Assembly: GCF_044465265.1 (NCBI RefSeq)
Contig: NZ_JBITLP010000001.1
Coordinates: 1 to 32,000, forward strand
DNA from: Actinoplanes sp. NPDC049681
GTDB lineage: Bacteria > Actinomycetota > Actinomycetes > Mycobacteriales > Micromonosporaceae
Length of the DNA: 32,000 nt
Direction: 5' to 3'
Shown: in pieces, positions 15,045 through 23,448 of the stretch
How the letters are laid out: every line of letters begins with the position of its first letter
Numbering within the stretch: the first letter of the stretch is position 1
Program-made: the position numbers and the translations under genes
Notes under the pieces: generated by a model
Database searches by the model: none
What the model saw: the letters and a program-made list of their open reading frames with translations, nothing else
Told to the model about the DNA's origin: nothing

Positions 15045-17093
15045 ATGGCATACGTGGTAATGGCGGAGGACAACCCGCAACATCAGCGGGTCATCACCGA
15101 GATCCTTCATCGCCTTCACCACGAAACGGTCATGGTGCCCGATGGTCGAGCGGCATTGGCCGCTATCGCCGTGCGGCGACCGGACTTGGTGATCGCCGAC
15201 GTCGACATGCCGCGGCTCGACGGGGTGCAGTTGTGCCGGGCGATCCGGCGTGATCCGGAGCTGGCCGGGCTTCCTGTGCTGCTGGTCACCGCCTATCTCC
15301 CGCCCAGCGACCCGGAGCTGGAGACGGCGGGCGCGACGATGCTCCTGCGTAAGCCGTTCGGTGTGCAGCAGTTGGCCGAGGCGGTGCAGCGCTGCCTCGA
15401 TACCTGCCGTGCTGACCCTCAGGGCGCTGGTGCGGGTGCGTCGGCCGACGCACCGGCCGCGAGCGGTGAGGACTCTGCCGGGCTGCTCAGCAGCCCGGAT
15501 CTTGTCAGCGCCTTGTTGCACAGCATCGACATCGGGATAGCCGTCTGCGACCGGCAGGGCCGGCTGGTGCTGCTCAACAACAAGCTGCGTACGTTCTTCG
15601 GCGAGGACAGTGCAGGCGTCGCGCTGGCCGACTGGCCGCACCATTTCGTCCTGCGCCACCACGATGGCACACCGTTGAGCGCCGAGGCCCTCCCGCTGGT
15701 ACGCGCCCTGGCCGGTGAAACCGTCACCGGCGCCGACCTGCTGGCCTACGACCAGCACCAGCGGCCCCACTGGCTGCTGGTCAACGCTGAGCCCATCCAC
15801 GACAGCGCCGGAGAGCCGATCGGCGCGGTCGCCGCGGTGCACGACGTGAGCACCGAACATCAGACCCAGCGCTACCAACGGTGCAAGAACGCGGTTCTCG
15901 AAGCCCTGACGACCGCCGCCGATGCGACCGGCGCCGCCACTGCCGCGCTGCACGCCATGGGCACCTGGCTGCAGTGGCCGTACGTGCGGTTGTGGCTGGC
16001 CGACCCGGTCAGCGACCGGCTGCTACCAGCGGCAACCTTCACCGCCCCCGGGGCCACGCCGCTGCCTATCCCGGCCAGCATCACCCGTGGTCACAGCCTC
16101 GCCGGCAGCTGCTGGCAGCGCGGTGAACCGATCTGGGTACCCGACGTCCACGCCCCCGACTCCCCGATACTGCCCGAGGTCGCCCGGGCGGCGCCCTACC
16201 AAGCCGCCGGGGCGATACCGGTCCGGAGCGGCGCCCAAGTCATCGGCGTCCTGACGTACTTCTCGCATGACCGGCAGGAGCCCGAACCCGCCCTGACCGT
16301 TCTGCTGACCGGCATCACCGGACATCTCGGCGCCCACCTGGAACGCCGCCGCGCCGAGGAGCTGGCACACCAACTGGCCGCCAGCATCGACGAGTATGTC
16401 GCGTTGGTCGGCCACGAGCTGCGCACCCCGCTGACATCCATCACCGCCTGCACCGACCTGATCTGCCAGGAACCTGACGACACGACGCTTGGCGACCTGC
16501 GCAACCTGCTCGACGTCGTCGTACGCAACAGCGCCGAACTGCTGACCCTGGTAGACCAACTCCTGGACCTGGTCGCACTGGAATCCGGCCACGCTCGACT
16601 CACCAGCGCCCCCGTCGACCTCGTCGCCATTGTCACCGACGCCGTCAGCGCCACCCGACCAGCCGGGGACGCCCGCCACATCACCCTCCGTACCGACCTG
16701 CCGGACCAGCTCACCGTGCCCGGCGACGACACCCGGTTGCGTCAGGTCCTGGACCACCTGCTCGACAACGCCATCAAGTACAGCCCCGACGGGGCAACCG
16801 TCAGTGTCACCCTCCACAGCCGCGACAACGCGGCAGTCCTCGCCATCACCAATCCGGGCGCACCCACCGACGAGCACGACCATCTGCTACGTCGGCTGTA
16901 CCGCGGCAGCAACGCCCGACACCAAGGCATTCCCGGCTCCGGTCTCGGTCTCACCCTCAGCCGTGCCATCATCGACCGCCACCACGGCACCCTCACCGTC
17001 AAACCGAACCCACCCACCGGCACGAGCGTCACCATGCGCCTACCCCACATCGCCCATGCCGATCCCACACCGCACCAAAGACAGACCACGTAA
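15045..17093 (+). CDS. Hybrid sensor: N-terminal receiver (REC) - PAS - GAF - HisKA - HATPase_c histidine kinase
   Basis: REC: VMAEDNPQHQRVITEIL ... DLVIADVDMPRLDG ... LLRKPF. PAS: IDIGIAVCDRQGRLVLLNNK. GAF: AGSCWQRGEPIWVPDV ... VIGVLTYFS. H-box: LVGHELRTPLTSI. N/G boxes: LLDNAIKYSP and GSGLGLTLSRAII. The track ORF starts at 14856 only because it reads in-frame through the IS stub, so I place the start at ATG 15045 (alternatives 15054 and 15060). Confidence 0.85.
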   Translation: MAYVVMAEDNPQHQRVITEILHRLHHETVMVPDGRAALAAIAVRRPDLVIADVDMPRLDGVQLCRAIRRDPELAGLPVLLVTAYLPPSDPELETAGATMLLRKPFGVQQLAEAVQRCLDTCRADPQGAGAGASADAPAASGEDSAGLLSSPDLVSALLHSIDIGIAVCDRQGRLVLLNNKLRTFFGEDSAGVALADWPHHFVLRHHDGTPLSAEALPLVRALAGETVTGADLLAYDQHQRPHWLLVNAEPIHDSAGEPIGAVAAVHDVSTEHQTQRYQRCKNAVLEALTTAADATGAATAALHAMGTWLQWPYVRLWLADPVSDRLLPAATFTAPGATPLPIPASITRGHSLAGSCWQRGEPIWVPDVHAPDSPILPEVARAAPYQAAGAIPVRSGAQVIGVLTYFSHDRQEPEPALTVLLTGITGHLGAHLERRRAEELAHQLAASIDEYVALVGHELRTPLTSITACTDLICQEPDDTTLGDLRNLLDVVVRNSAELLTLVDQLLDLVALESGHARLTSAPVDLVAIVTDAVSATRPAGDARHITLRTDLPDQLTVPGDDTRLRQVLDHLLDNAIKYSPDGATVSVTLHSRDNAAVLAITNPGAPTDEHDHLLRRLYRGSNARHQGIPGSGLGLTLSRAIIDRHHGTLTVKPNPPTGTSVTMRLPHIAHADPTPHQRQTT

Positions 17094-17352
17094 CAGGCGG
17101 GTCACCGCCCCGAGGCGCGCCCCCATTGGGGTCGAGGCGACACCAGCGAGCGGGGGCCGCCGGAACCCCGCCTGGCCGCGTCGACGCCGGCGCCTGGGAT
17201 CCCGCGCGGCTGGCGCTGGAGCCGCTCGTCCGGGGCATAGGCGGCCTGCACGGCTTCACCTGAACCACGCGGCTGGCCGAGGAGGTGCGCCTGGGCCGCA
17301 AGCCGCGGGGTGACCACGGCCGCTCCGGCGGGAGGACCCGATCGGCCGGCCG

Positions 17353-17769
17353 TTACGGCTTCAGGTCGATCGATGCCCGGAACGAGCCGTCCATCTCGAA
17401 CGGCACCGACAGGTGCTCGTGGGTCACCAGCCACCGGCCCTCCCGCTTGCACAACCCCAGCGTCGCCCGGAACCACAGACTGAAGCTCTCCGCCTGCCCC
17501 GCCGGCGTAGCCGTCAGGCAGTTGAGACTGGTGCAGTACGCGACATCCCCGCCCACCGTGATCGCCAGGTCCGTGACCTCCATGCTCATCGGCCCCTGGA
17601 ACGTCCCCAGCCATGCCGTGACCCCCTCGGTCGTGCTGGCCGACTGGCGCAGCGGCGGCGCCAGCGAGTATTCGACGATGTCCGGGGCGTTGTCCTTCAG
17701 CATCGCCTCGGGGTCCTTGGCTGCCACGGCCGCGGCGCGGTTCAGGACGAGGCTGCGGATCTCTTCCAT
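17353..17769 (-). CDS. NTF2-like / SnoaL-like (DUF4440-type) small protein
   Basis: 138 aa. The C-terminus RATLGLCKREGRWLVTHEHLSVPF is typical of ketosteroid-isomerase-like folds. A strong AAGGAGGAA Shine-Dalgarno sequence lies directly upstream of the ATG. Confidence 0.75.
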   Translation of the reverse strand: MEEIRSLVLNRAAAVAAKDPEAMLKDNAPDIVEYSLAPPLRQSASTTEGVTAWLGTFQGPMSMEVTDLAITVGGDVAYCTSLNCLTATPAGQAESFSLWFRATLGLCKREGRWLVTHEHLSVPFEMDGSFRASIDLKP

Positions 17770-17803
17770 GGTTCCTCCTTGAGGAAGTGTTTGTCGTTCA
17801 GGA

Positions 17804-17830
17804 TGTCGAAGCCGGGTTCGTGGTTTCGAC
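17804..17830 (+). promoter_or_regulatory. Candidate ECF (ECF42-type) promoter upstream of the YCII-sigma operon
   Basis: TGTCGA (17804-17809), a 17-nt spacer and CGAC (17827-17830). As I recall, the ECF42 group was reported with a TGTCGA -35 element and a CGA/TC -10 element upstream of DGPF/YCII genes. That recollection needs checking. Confidence 0.4.
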
Positions 17831-17867
17831 GTGTCGGGGAAAGATGACCGGAAGCCGAGGAGGCGTC

Positions 17868-18239
17868 ATGAAGTACCTGATCCTGATCCAGTCGAACGAG
17901 CGGTCCCTCGCCGTGTGGGAGACGCTCACCGATCAGCAGCGCACCGACTTCGGGGTCGGGCATCTGAAGCTGACCGAGGAGATGGCCGAGGCCGGGGTGC
18001 TCGTCGCGTCCGAGGGGCTCGCCGATCCCTCGCTCGCCAAGTGGGTTTCCGTGCGGGACGGGCGTACGGTCGCTTCCGACGGGCCGTTTGCCGAGGTCAA
18101 GGAGCATCTGGCCGGGTTCTATCTGATCGATTGCGCCGAGCAGGACGAGGCCGTCGGGTGGGCTGCCAAGGTGCCGGATGCCGCGTACACGCAGGTGGAG
18201 GTGCGGCCCGTGCTCGACATGAGCGGGTGGGAGTTCTGA
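17868..18239 (+). CDS. YCII-related (DGPF domain) protein
   Basis: MKYLILIQSNE ... VASDGPFAEVKEHLAGFYLIDCAEQDEAVGWAAKVP contains the DGPF motif. A GAGGAGG Shine-Dalgarno sequence lies 5 nt upstream of ATG 17868. Confidence 0.85.
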   Translation: MKYLILIQSNERSLAVWETLTDQQRTDFGVGHLKLTEEMAEAGVLVASEGLADPSLAKWVSVRDGRTVASDGPFAEVKEHLAGFYLIDCAEQDEAVGWAAKVPDAAYTQVEVRPVLDMSGWEF

Positions 18240-19432
18240 TCGAGGACCTGCTGCGCGAGTGCGCGCCGCAGGTGCTGGCCGCTGTGGTGCGGCGGTACGG
18301 GGACTTCGACGCTTGTGAGGACGCCGTGCAGGAGGCGCTGCTCGCCGCCGCCCAGCAGTGGCCGGTCGAGGGGGTGCCGGAGCGGCCGAAGAATTGGCTG
18401 ATCACTGTTGCGGCGCGGCGGCGGGTCGAGGTCGTGCGGAGCGAGGTCGCGCGGCGGCGGCGGGAGGACGCCGTGCGGTACGAGCCGCCCGCCGCGCCGG
18501 TGTCGTCCGTCGACGACTCGCTGACGCTGCTGCTGTTGTGCTGCCATCCGGCGTTGACCGTCGCCTCGCAGGTCGCGCTGACGTTGCGGGCCGTCGGCGG
18601 GCTCACGACCGGGGAGATCGCCCGGGCGTTGCTGGTGCCCGAGGCCACCGTCGGGCAGCGGATCAGCCGGGCCAAGCAGCGGATCCGGGACGCCGGGGCC
18701 ACGTTCCGCCTCCCGCCTCCGGAGGAGCGCGAAGCGCGGCTGGTCGCCGTACGGCAGGTGCTGTATCTGATTTTCAACGAGGGATACACCGCCAGCTCCG
18801 GGGCCCGGCTGCAGCGGGTCGAGCTGACCGCTGAGGCCGTACGGTTGACCCGGCAGTTGCGGGCCCGGCTTCCCGACGACGGTGAGACGGCCGGGTTGCT
18901 CGCGTTGATGCTTCTGACGGATGCGCGGCGGCCGGCGCGGAGCCGACCGGACGGTGCCCTCGTGCCGCTCGCCGAGCAGGACCGGTCGGTGTGGGACCAC
19001 GCCGCGATCGCCGAGGGCGTCTCTCTGATCACGGAGACGCTGGCGCGGGCGCCGATCGGGCCGTACCAGATCCAGGCCGCCATCGCGGCGATCCACGACG
19101 AGGCCCCGCGGGCCGAGGACACCGACTGGCCGCAGATCCTGCGCCTGTACGAGATCCTCGAGGCCCTGGCACCGGGGCCGATGGTCACGCTGAACCGGCT
19201 CGTCGCCGTAGCCGAGGTGCACGGGCCCGGGACGGCGCTGGAGCAGCTCACCACCGTGGCCGGCGAGCCGGCGCTGCGCGCCCATCACCGGGTGGCAGCG
19301 GTGCGCGCCCACCTGCTGGAGAAGTCGGGCGATCGGGTCGCGGCGCGGGCCGCCTACCTGGAGGCGGCCCGCCGCACCCTGAGCGCACCCGAGCAACGCT
19401 ATCTGACGGCCCGGGCGGCCGCGCTCGGTTGA
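18227..19432 (+). CDS. ECF sigma factor with a long C-terminal TPR-like extension (ECF42 group, COG4941-like)
   Basis: Region 2: EDAVQEALLAAAQQWP..PKNWLITVAARRRVE. Region 4: LTLRAVGGLTTGEIARALLVPEATVGQRISRAKQRI. About 200 further aa follow (YQIQAAIAAIHDEA...). GTG 18227 overlaps the YCII stop by 13 nt. Confidence 0.85.
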   Translation: MGVLIEDLLRECAPQVLAAVVRRYGDFDACEDAVQEALLAAAQQWPVEGVPERPKNWLITVAARRRVEVVRSEVARRRREDAVRYEPPAAPVSSVDDSLTLLLLCCHPALTVASQVALTLRAVGGLTTGEIARALLVPEATVGQRISRAKQRIRDAGATFRLPPPEEREARLVAVRQVLYLIFNEGYTASSGARLQRVELTAEAVRLTRQLRARLPDDGETAGLLALMLLTDARRPARSRPDGALVPLAEQDRSVWDHAAIAEGVSLITETLARAPIGPYQIQAAIAAIHDEAPRAEDTDWPQILRLYEILEALAPGPMVTLNRLVAVAEVHGPGTALEQLTTVAGEPALRAHHRVAAVRAHLLEKSGDRVAARAAYLEAARRTLSAPEQRYLTARAAALG

Positions 19433-19572
19433 GGCCGGGGTCGGACTTCCTGTCCTCCACGCCGGCCCGGCTCGCTGTTCTCCTGGTGACATGCACCTCT
19501 ATCACAACTCACGGCTACCGGGCGGAAATCGTGTCGCGGCGGCCCCGGCCGATCTTCCAGACGTCTGAGCAG

Positions 19573-20610
19573 ATGGCGATCGGGGGGTACGTCGTGGGGA
19601 TTTCCGGGCAGCGGTGGACCGGCGCGCGCCGGCTGGGCATCAAGACCATGACCGGTGTGCTCGCCGCGGGCCTGGTGGTGGGCTTCGGCGCACCTCGGAT
19701 CGCCTCCGCGGAAACCCCCGCCGCCCCCGCTCCCGCCGTGGTGCAGGGCGCGGCGCCGCGGATCCAGTCGTTCGAGGCCACCCGGGTCATGCCCCTGGGT
19801 GACTCGATCACCCGCGGCACCGGTTCCCCGACCGTGAGCTCCTACCGAATGGCCCTCGCCGAGCGCCTGCTCAAGGGCGGGATGCAGATCAACTACGTGG
19901 GGTCGCAGAACAACGGCACCGGCTCGGACACCAGTCACGAGGGCCACGGCGGCTGGACCATCGACGAGCTCTCCGCCGAGCTGGACGGCTGGCTCGCGGC
20001 GTACCGCCCGGACGTCGTGCTGGTGCACGCCGGCACGAACAACATCACCCAGGGCGACAGCCCGTCCGCCACGGCCCGCAAGCTGTCGGCGATGATCGAC
20101 CAGATCCGCACGGCGCGGCCGGAGGCGTACATCTTCGTCGCGAAGATCATCACGTCGCGGGTGCCGGTGGAGGCCGCCCGGGACCGCGTCTACAACCGGC
20201 TGATCCCCCAGCTCGTCGCGAAGAAGAACGACGCCCGGATCACGGTGGTCGACCAGTCCTCGGTCGCCGGCATCGACCTGCACGACCTGCACCACCCGAA
20301 CGACTTCGGCTACTCGAAGATGGCGTGGAACTGGTACCAGGCCATGTCTCGGGTGTTCGGCACCTCGGGCGACACCGGCCTCAACCCGTACCTGATGCGG
20401 AACACCGTCCGCTGCCTGGCTACCAAGGTCACCGTCAACGGTGCGCCGCACCACCGCACGGAGTGCCGCGCCTGGACGCTGCGCACCGCGACGGTCAAGG
20501 TCGACGGCGTCAACCGCCAGGTTCGCGTCTGGCAGACGCTTCGGGAGTACAAGGAGAACGGCCGCATCGTCCGGCGCTGGACCGGCGCCGGAAACCTGCT
20601 GAACGTCTAA
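19573..20610 (+). CDS. Secreted SGNH/GDSL hydrolase with an extra Cys-containing C-terminal domain
   Basis: Block I VMPLGDSITRG, block II HEGHGGW, block III HAGTNN, block V DLHHPN. The signal-like segment is RRLGIKTMTGVLAAGLVVGFGAPRIASA. The start is ambiguous (ATG 19573, GTG 19594 or ATG 19648). Confidence 0.8.
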   Translation: MAIGGYVVGISGQRWTGARRLGIKTMTGVLAAGLVVGFGAPRIASAETPAAPAPAVVQGAAPRIQSFEATRVMPLGDSITRGTGSPTVSSYRMALAERLLKGGMQINYVGSQNNGTGSDTSHEGHGGWTIDELSAELDGWLAAYRPDVVLVHAGTNNITQGDSPSATARKLSAMIDQIRTARPEAYIFVAKIITSRVPVEAARDRVYNRLIPQLVAKKNDARITVVDQSSVAGIDLHDLHHPNDFGYSKMAWNWYQAMSRVFGTSGDTGLNPYLMRNTVRCLATKVTVNGAPHHRTECRAWTLRTATVKVDGVNRQVRVWQTLREYKENGRIVRRWTGAGNLLNV

Positions 20611-20927
20611 CCGTCCGACACCATTTCGAGGACGCCGGACACCTCGAGAACCCGCAGGACGATCCCGCGCGCGTTGACGACGGACAGCTTCACGCCGGCA
20701 GCGCGCGCGGCGACGTACCCGTCGATCAGCGCTCCCAGGGCCTCGCTGTCCAGGAACTCGACCTGGTCGAAGTCGACGACGATCCCCCCGGAGCCGTCCT
20801 GCTCGATCGCCGCCACCAGCACGGAGCGCAGCTCGTCCCGGGCGTTGATGTCGAAGTCCCCGGACAGGCGGACGACACCGGCGTTCCGGGTGATCCGATG
20901 GTAGGCGTTGGTCATCGACGTGATCAT
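20607..20927 (-). CDS. STAS-domain anti-sigma factor antagonist (RsbV/SpoIIAA-like)
   Basis: VVRLSGDFDINARDELRSVL ... VVDFDQVEFLDSEALGALI carries the conserved phosphorylatable Ser context (DSxxLG). It lies 3 nt downstream of the kinase-like gene. Confidence 0.85.
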   Translation of the reverse strand: MITSMTNAYHRITRNAGVVRLSGDFDINARDELRSVLVAAIEQDGSGGIVVDFDQVEFLDSEALGALIDGYVAARAAGVKLSVVNARGIVLRVLEVSGVLEMVSDG

Positions 20928-20930
20928 AGG

Positions 20931-21359
20931 TCAGCCGGGTACGGGAAACTCCGCCCAGACGTGCTTGGTGTTGCCCTCCACGTACCAGCCCATCTCCAGC
21001 GAGAACTTCTGGGCCAGCTGCAGTCCCAGCCCGCCCTGGCCGAGCGGCCGGCCCTCGGCGTACTCGGGCACCGAATCCGGCGAGTGGTCGGCGACGTCGA
21101 GGTAGAACCGGTCGCCGGCCCGCCCGAGACGCACGATCGTCGGCGGCAGGCCGTGCCGCAACGCGTTGGTGGCCAGTTCGGTCGCGACCAGGACGACCTT
21201 CTCGGGCACCTCGTCCAGGGCGGCGCCCTCCGCCAGCACCTCGCCGGTGAGGGCGCGGTGCAGGTTCGCCCTCAAGATCTTCAGCTGCCGAGGACTGTCC
21301 AGCACCCAGTGCTGCAGCTCGGTCATGCTCGGCGGACTCTGCGCGCTGATGTTGGCCAT
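20931..21359 (-). CDS. RsbW-like anti-sigma factor / Ser kinase (HATPase_c_2)
   Basis: VLVATELATNALRHGLPP is N-box-like, followed by DVADHSPD and GQGGLGLQLAQKFS (G-box). Confidence 0.8.
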   Translation of the reverse strand: MANISAQSPPSMTELQHWVLDSPRQLKILRANLHRALTGEVLAEGAALDEVPEKVVLVATELATNALRHGLPPTIVRLGRAGDRFYLDVADHSPDSVPEYAEGRPLGQGGLGLQLAQKFSLEMGWYVEGNTKHVWAEFPVPG

Positions 21360-21493
21360 GCAGGGTTAATGCCCGCCGCGTACGCCGATCATGTACGCGC
21401 GCCGGACGGTTTGACCTTTCTTGCAGGGACCTAGCGCAACCGGCATGTCTTCCGTACCTCTATCCGGGAACCAAGTTCGCGGGAGGAACGACG

Positions 21494-21808
21494 TTGAAAT
21501 TCACCAACGCCGAGGAGCAGGCCGCCTGGAAGCTCGCCGAGGCGCTCAGTGAGAAGGGGATGGGGTGCATGCGGGAGGCGGAGCAGGCCGCCGAGAACTT
21601 CCGCCTCGGCAAGATGCAGATGCGGCGCAACTTCAAGGCCCGGGGGCTGTCCGAGGTGGACGCCGACATCCGCTGGTCGGGGATGACGCAGGCCAAGAAG
21701 GCGCTAGCCGACAACGGCTGGTACATGTCGCAGGCGACCATGTACAACGAGGCGGCCGCCGCCCAGTACGCGAAGGCGCTCTACCTCAAGAATTGCGAAG
21801 ACCTCTAG
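21494..21808 (+). CDS. Small helical Lys/Met/Ala-rich protein of unknown function
   Basis: TTG start with a GGGAGGA Shine-Dalgarno sequence 6 nt upstream. Almost all third positions are G/C despite a lower overall GC, which supports real coding. No family was recognised. Confidence 0.6.
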   Translation: MKFTNAEEQAAWKLAEALSEKGMGCMREAEQAAENFRLGKMQMRRNFKARGLSEVDADIRWSGMTQAKKALADNGWYMSQATMYNEAAAAQYAKALYLKNCEDL

Positions 21809-22466
21809 CGCCACCCAGGTCCGCGGCACGGCCGGCCGCGTAACCGTGGCGACGGCCGGTCCCCGCCAGCCGGCGGGGGCCGAGGCGGGTCAGCTTCGGG
21901 TACGTCTCGTCGCGCCGGCGCTCGACCAGCTCGGTGCGGTCCACGAGGACGAGCTCCGCACCCGGGGCCGCGGCGGCCGCTTCCTGCTCCGCGGCGGTGA
22001 GGCGGGCCCGGATGGCCTCGGTGAAGCCGGCCAGCCAGGACCGGCGGAACGCGGCCGGATGGTCGTAGCTGGGCACCGCGGCCGCGGCCAGGCCGTGCGC
22101 CGCCTGGATCAGCAGCGAGGTGAAGAGCAGCTCCACGCGTTCCAGGTCGGCGCCGTGCCCGAAGAGATGCACCCGGGCGGTGCCGCGCCGGTCGAGGTGC
22201 ACGACCTTGCAGCGCAGCGCGATGGCGACGGCGCCGAGCAACGAGGCCTTGTCGCGGGAGTACGGCGGCTCGACGGTCAGCACGCGATCACCGACCGGGT
22301 CCAGGGCGGGATCGGCGCCGGCGAGCAACGCCTGGTCGATGCCGTACTTGGCGATGAGCTCGGCGGCCTTCGCCATGAACGCCTCGGCCTCGGGCGGCGT
22401 GCAGGCGGGGTCCTCGGCCTTGGCGAGCAGCTTACGAACGCGGGCGAGCAGCGGATCTTCCGTCAT
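21786..22466 (-). CDS. DUF2786 domain protein
   Basis: The N-terminus LLARVRKLLAKAEDPACTPPEAEAFMAKAAELIAKYGI matches the DUF2786 signature (KIxxLLAKAExxxxxxEAEAxxxKAxELMxxH) as I recall it. Confidence 0.75.
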   Translation of the reverse strand: MTEDPLLARVRKLLAKAEDPACTPPEAEAFMAKAAELIAKYGIDQALLAGADPALDPVGDRVLTVEPPYSRDKASLLGAVAIALRCKVVHLDRRGTARVHLFGHGADLERVELLFTSLLIQAAHGLAAAAVPSYDHPAAFRRSWLAGFTEAIRARLTAAEQEAAAAAPGAELVLVDRTELVERRRDETYPKLTRLGPRRLAGTGRRHGYAAGRAADLGGARGLRNS

Positions 22467-22520
22467 GCTGAGCCGCCAAGGGCACGCCCTCCTGGCCCTG
22501 CTTCGCCGCGGTGCGGTCGG

Positions 22521-22913
22521 TCATGCCGCCCGATGCCGCAGGGTGGCGATCGTCGAACCGGCGAGGGCGAGCAGGCAGTCGGGAAGCTGGCCGTCGGCGA
22601 TGGCGGCGCCGAAGAGCGCCTCGCCGGTCGGGATGTCACCGTTCACGTACGCGCTCACGAACCGGGCCACCCAGCGCTTGTCGTAGCGCGCGTCGTCGAT
22701 CCCGGGGAAGTCGAGGGTCCACGCGCCGCCGGTCGGTACGTTCCGTCCCACCATGGTCGCGGCGAGGCACCACGCCACGTCGTACGCCCCCACGACACCC
22801 GACCGGTCCACGACCGCGTCGAACGTGCCGACCACAGCGTCGCTGTCGCCGCTGAGCGCGCAGTGGAGCACCTGCGCCGCGTCGTCCAGTGCGTGCTGTG
22901 GTACGTCGGTCAC
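22521..22913 (-). CDS. Hypothetical protein (130 aa)
   Basis: High third-position GC. The start is placed at GTG 22913 because the longer ORF would overlap the upstream thioesterase gene. No motif was recognised. Confidence 0.55.
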   Translation of the reverse strand: MTDVPQHALDDAAQVLHCALSGDSDAVVGTFDAVVDRSGVVGAYDVAWCLAATMVGRNVPTGGAWTLDFPGIDDARYDKRWVARFVSAYVNGDIPTGEALFGAAIADGQLPDCLLALAGSTIATLRHRAA

Positions 22914-22950
22914 GTCAAGAAAGGTACGCGGATTCGTCAACCGACGCCGC

Positions 22951-23379
22951 TCAAGCGCCCCGCAGGAGGCACGTGAGCCGCGCGGTGCAGACCCGGTCGC
23001 CGTCTTCGTCGGTGATGACGACCTCGTAGGTGACCGCCGTGCGGCCGCGGTGCACCGGGGTCGCGACACCGGTGACGACTCCCGACCGGACGGCCTTGTG
23101 GTGGGTGGCGTTGATGTCCACCCCGACGGCGAACGGACGGTCGACGGTCGCGCCGTGCATCACCGCACCCACCGAACCGAGGGTTTCCGCGAGCACGCAC
23201 GAGGCGCCGCCGTGCAGCAGGCCGTACGGCTGGGTGTTGCCCTCCACGGGCATCGTGGCGACCACGCGTTCCGGGGTCGCCTCGGTGATCTCGATGCCCA
23301 TCCGCTCGCCGAGGGCGCCCGCGCCCCCGCTGCCGAGGAGGGCCTGCATGCCGTCCGCCGCTGTACTCACGTCGGGCAA
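22951..23379 (-). CDS. PaaI-family hotdog-fold thioesterase
   Basis: LGIEITEATPERVVATMPVEGNTQPYGLLHGGASCVLAETLGS is the PaaI/4HBT type II core motif. Confidence 0.8.
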   Translation of the reverse strand: MPDVSTAADGMQALLGSGGAGALGERMGIEITEATPERVVATMPVEGNTQPYGLLHGGASCVLAETLGSVGAVMHGATVDRPFAVGVDINATHHKAVRSGVVTGVATPVHRGRTAVTYEVVITDEDGDRVCTARLTCLLRGA

Positions 23380-23448
23380 CGTTACCGGGGGGTTGACCGG
23401 GGTCCTACGTTGAACGGATCACGTCCGCAGCTCAGCGAGGAGACAACC

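Noticed and set aside
15027-15062. Promoter call for the kinase from the TTGACG hexamer
   Set aside because: No acceptable TAnnnT -10 hexamer lies at 16-19 nt spacing. It is mentioned only as context in the kinase finding.
14604-15953. 449-aa minus-strand ORF opposite the histidine kinase
   Set aside because: Most of it is antisense to a gene with clear REC, PAS and GAF motifs. Only its last roughly 60 codons (14604-14808) lie in unassigned DNA, and these are reported separately at low interest.
17094-17352. Possible gene remnant in the 260-bp convergent gap after the kinase (minus frame ...GEAVQAAYAPDERLQRQ...)
   Set aside because: It is vaguely reminiscent of the C-terminus of FAD-linked (BBE-type) oxidases, but I could not build a convincing collinear match even when allowing frameshifts.
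18097-20454. Minus-strand ORFs 18097..19254, 18119..19492 and 19399..20454
   Set aside because: They are antisense to the ECF42-type sigma factor and the SGNH hydrolase, and have no motifs.
20325-22976. Plus-strand ORFs 20325..21434 (369 aa) and 21846..22976 (376 aa)
   Set aside because: They lie opposite the motif-supported STAS, RsbW-like and DUF2786 genes and have shadow-ORF composition.
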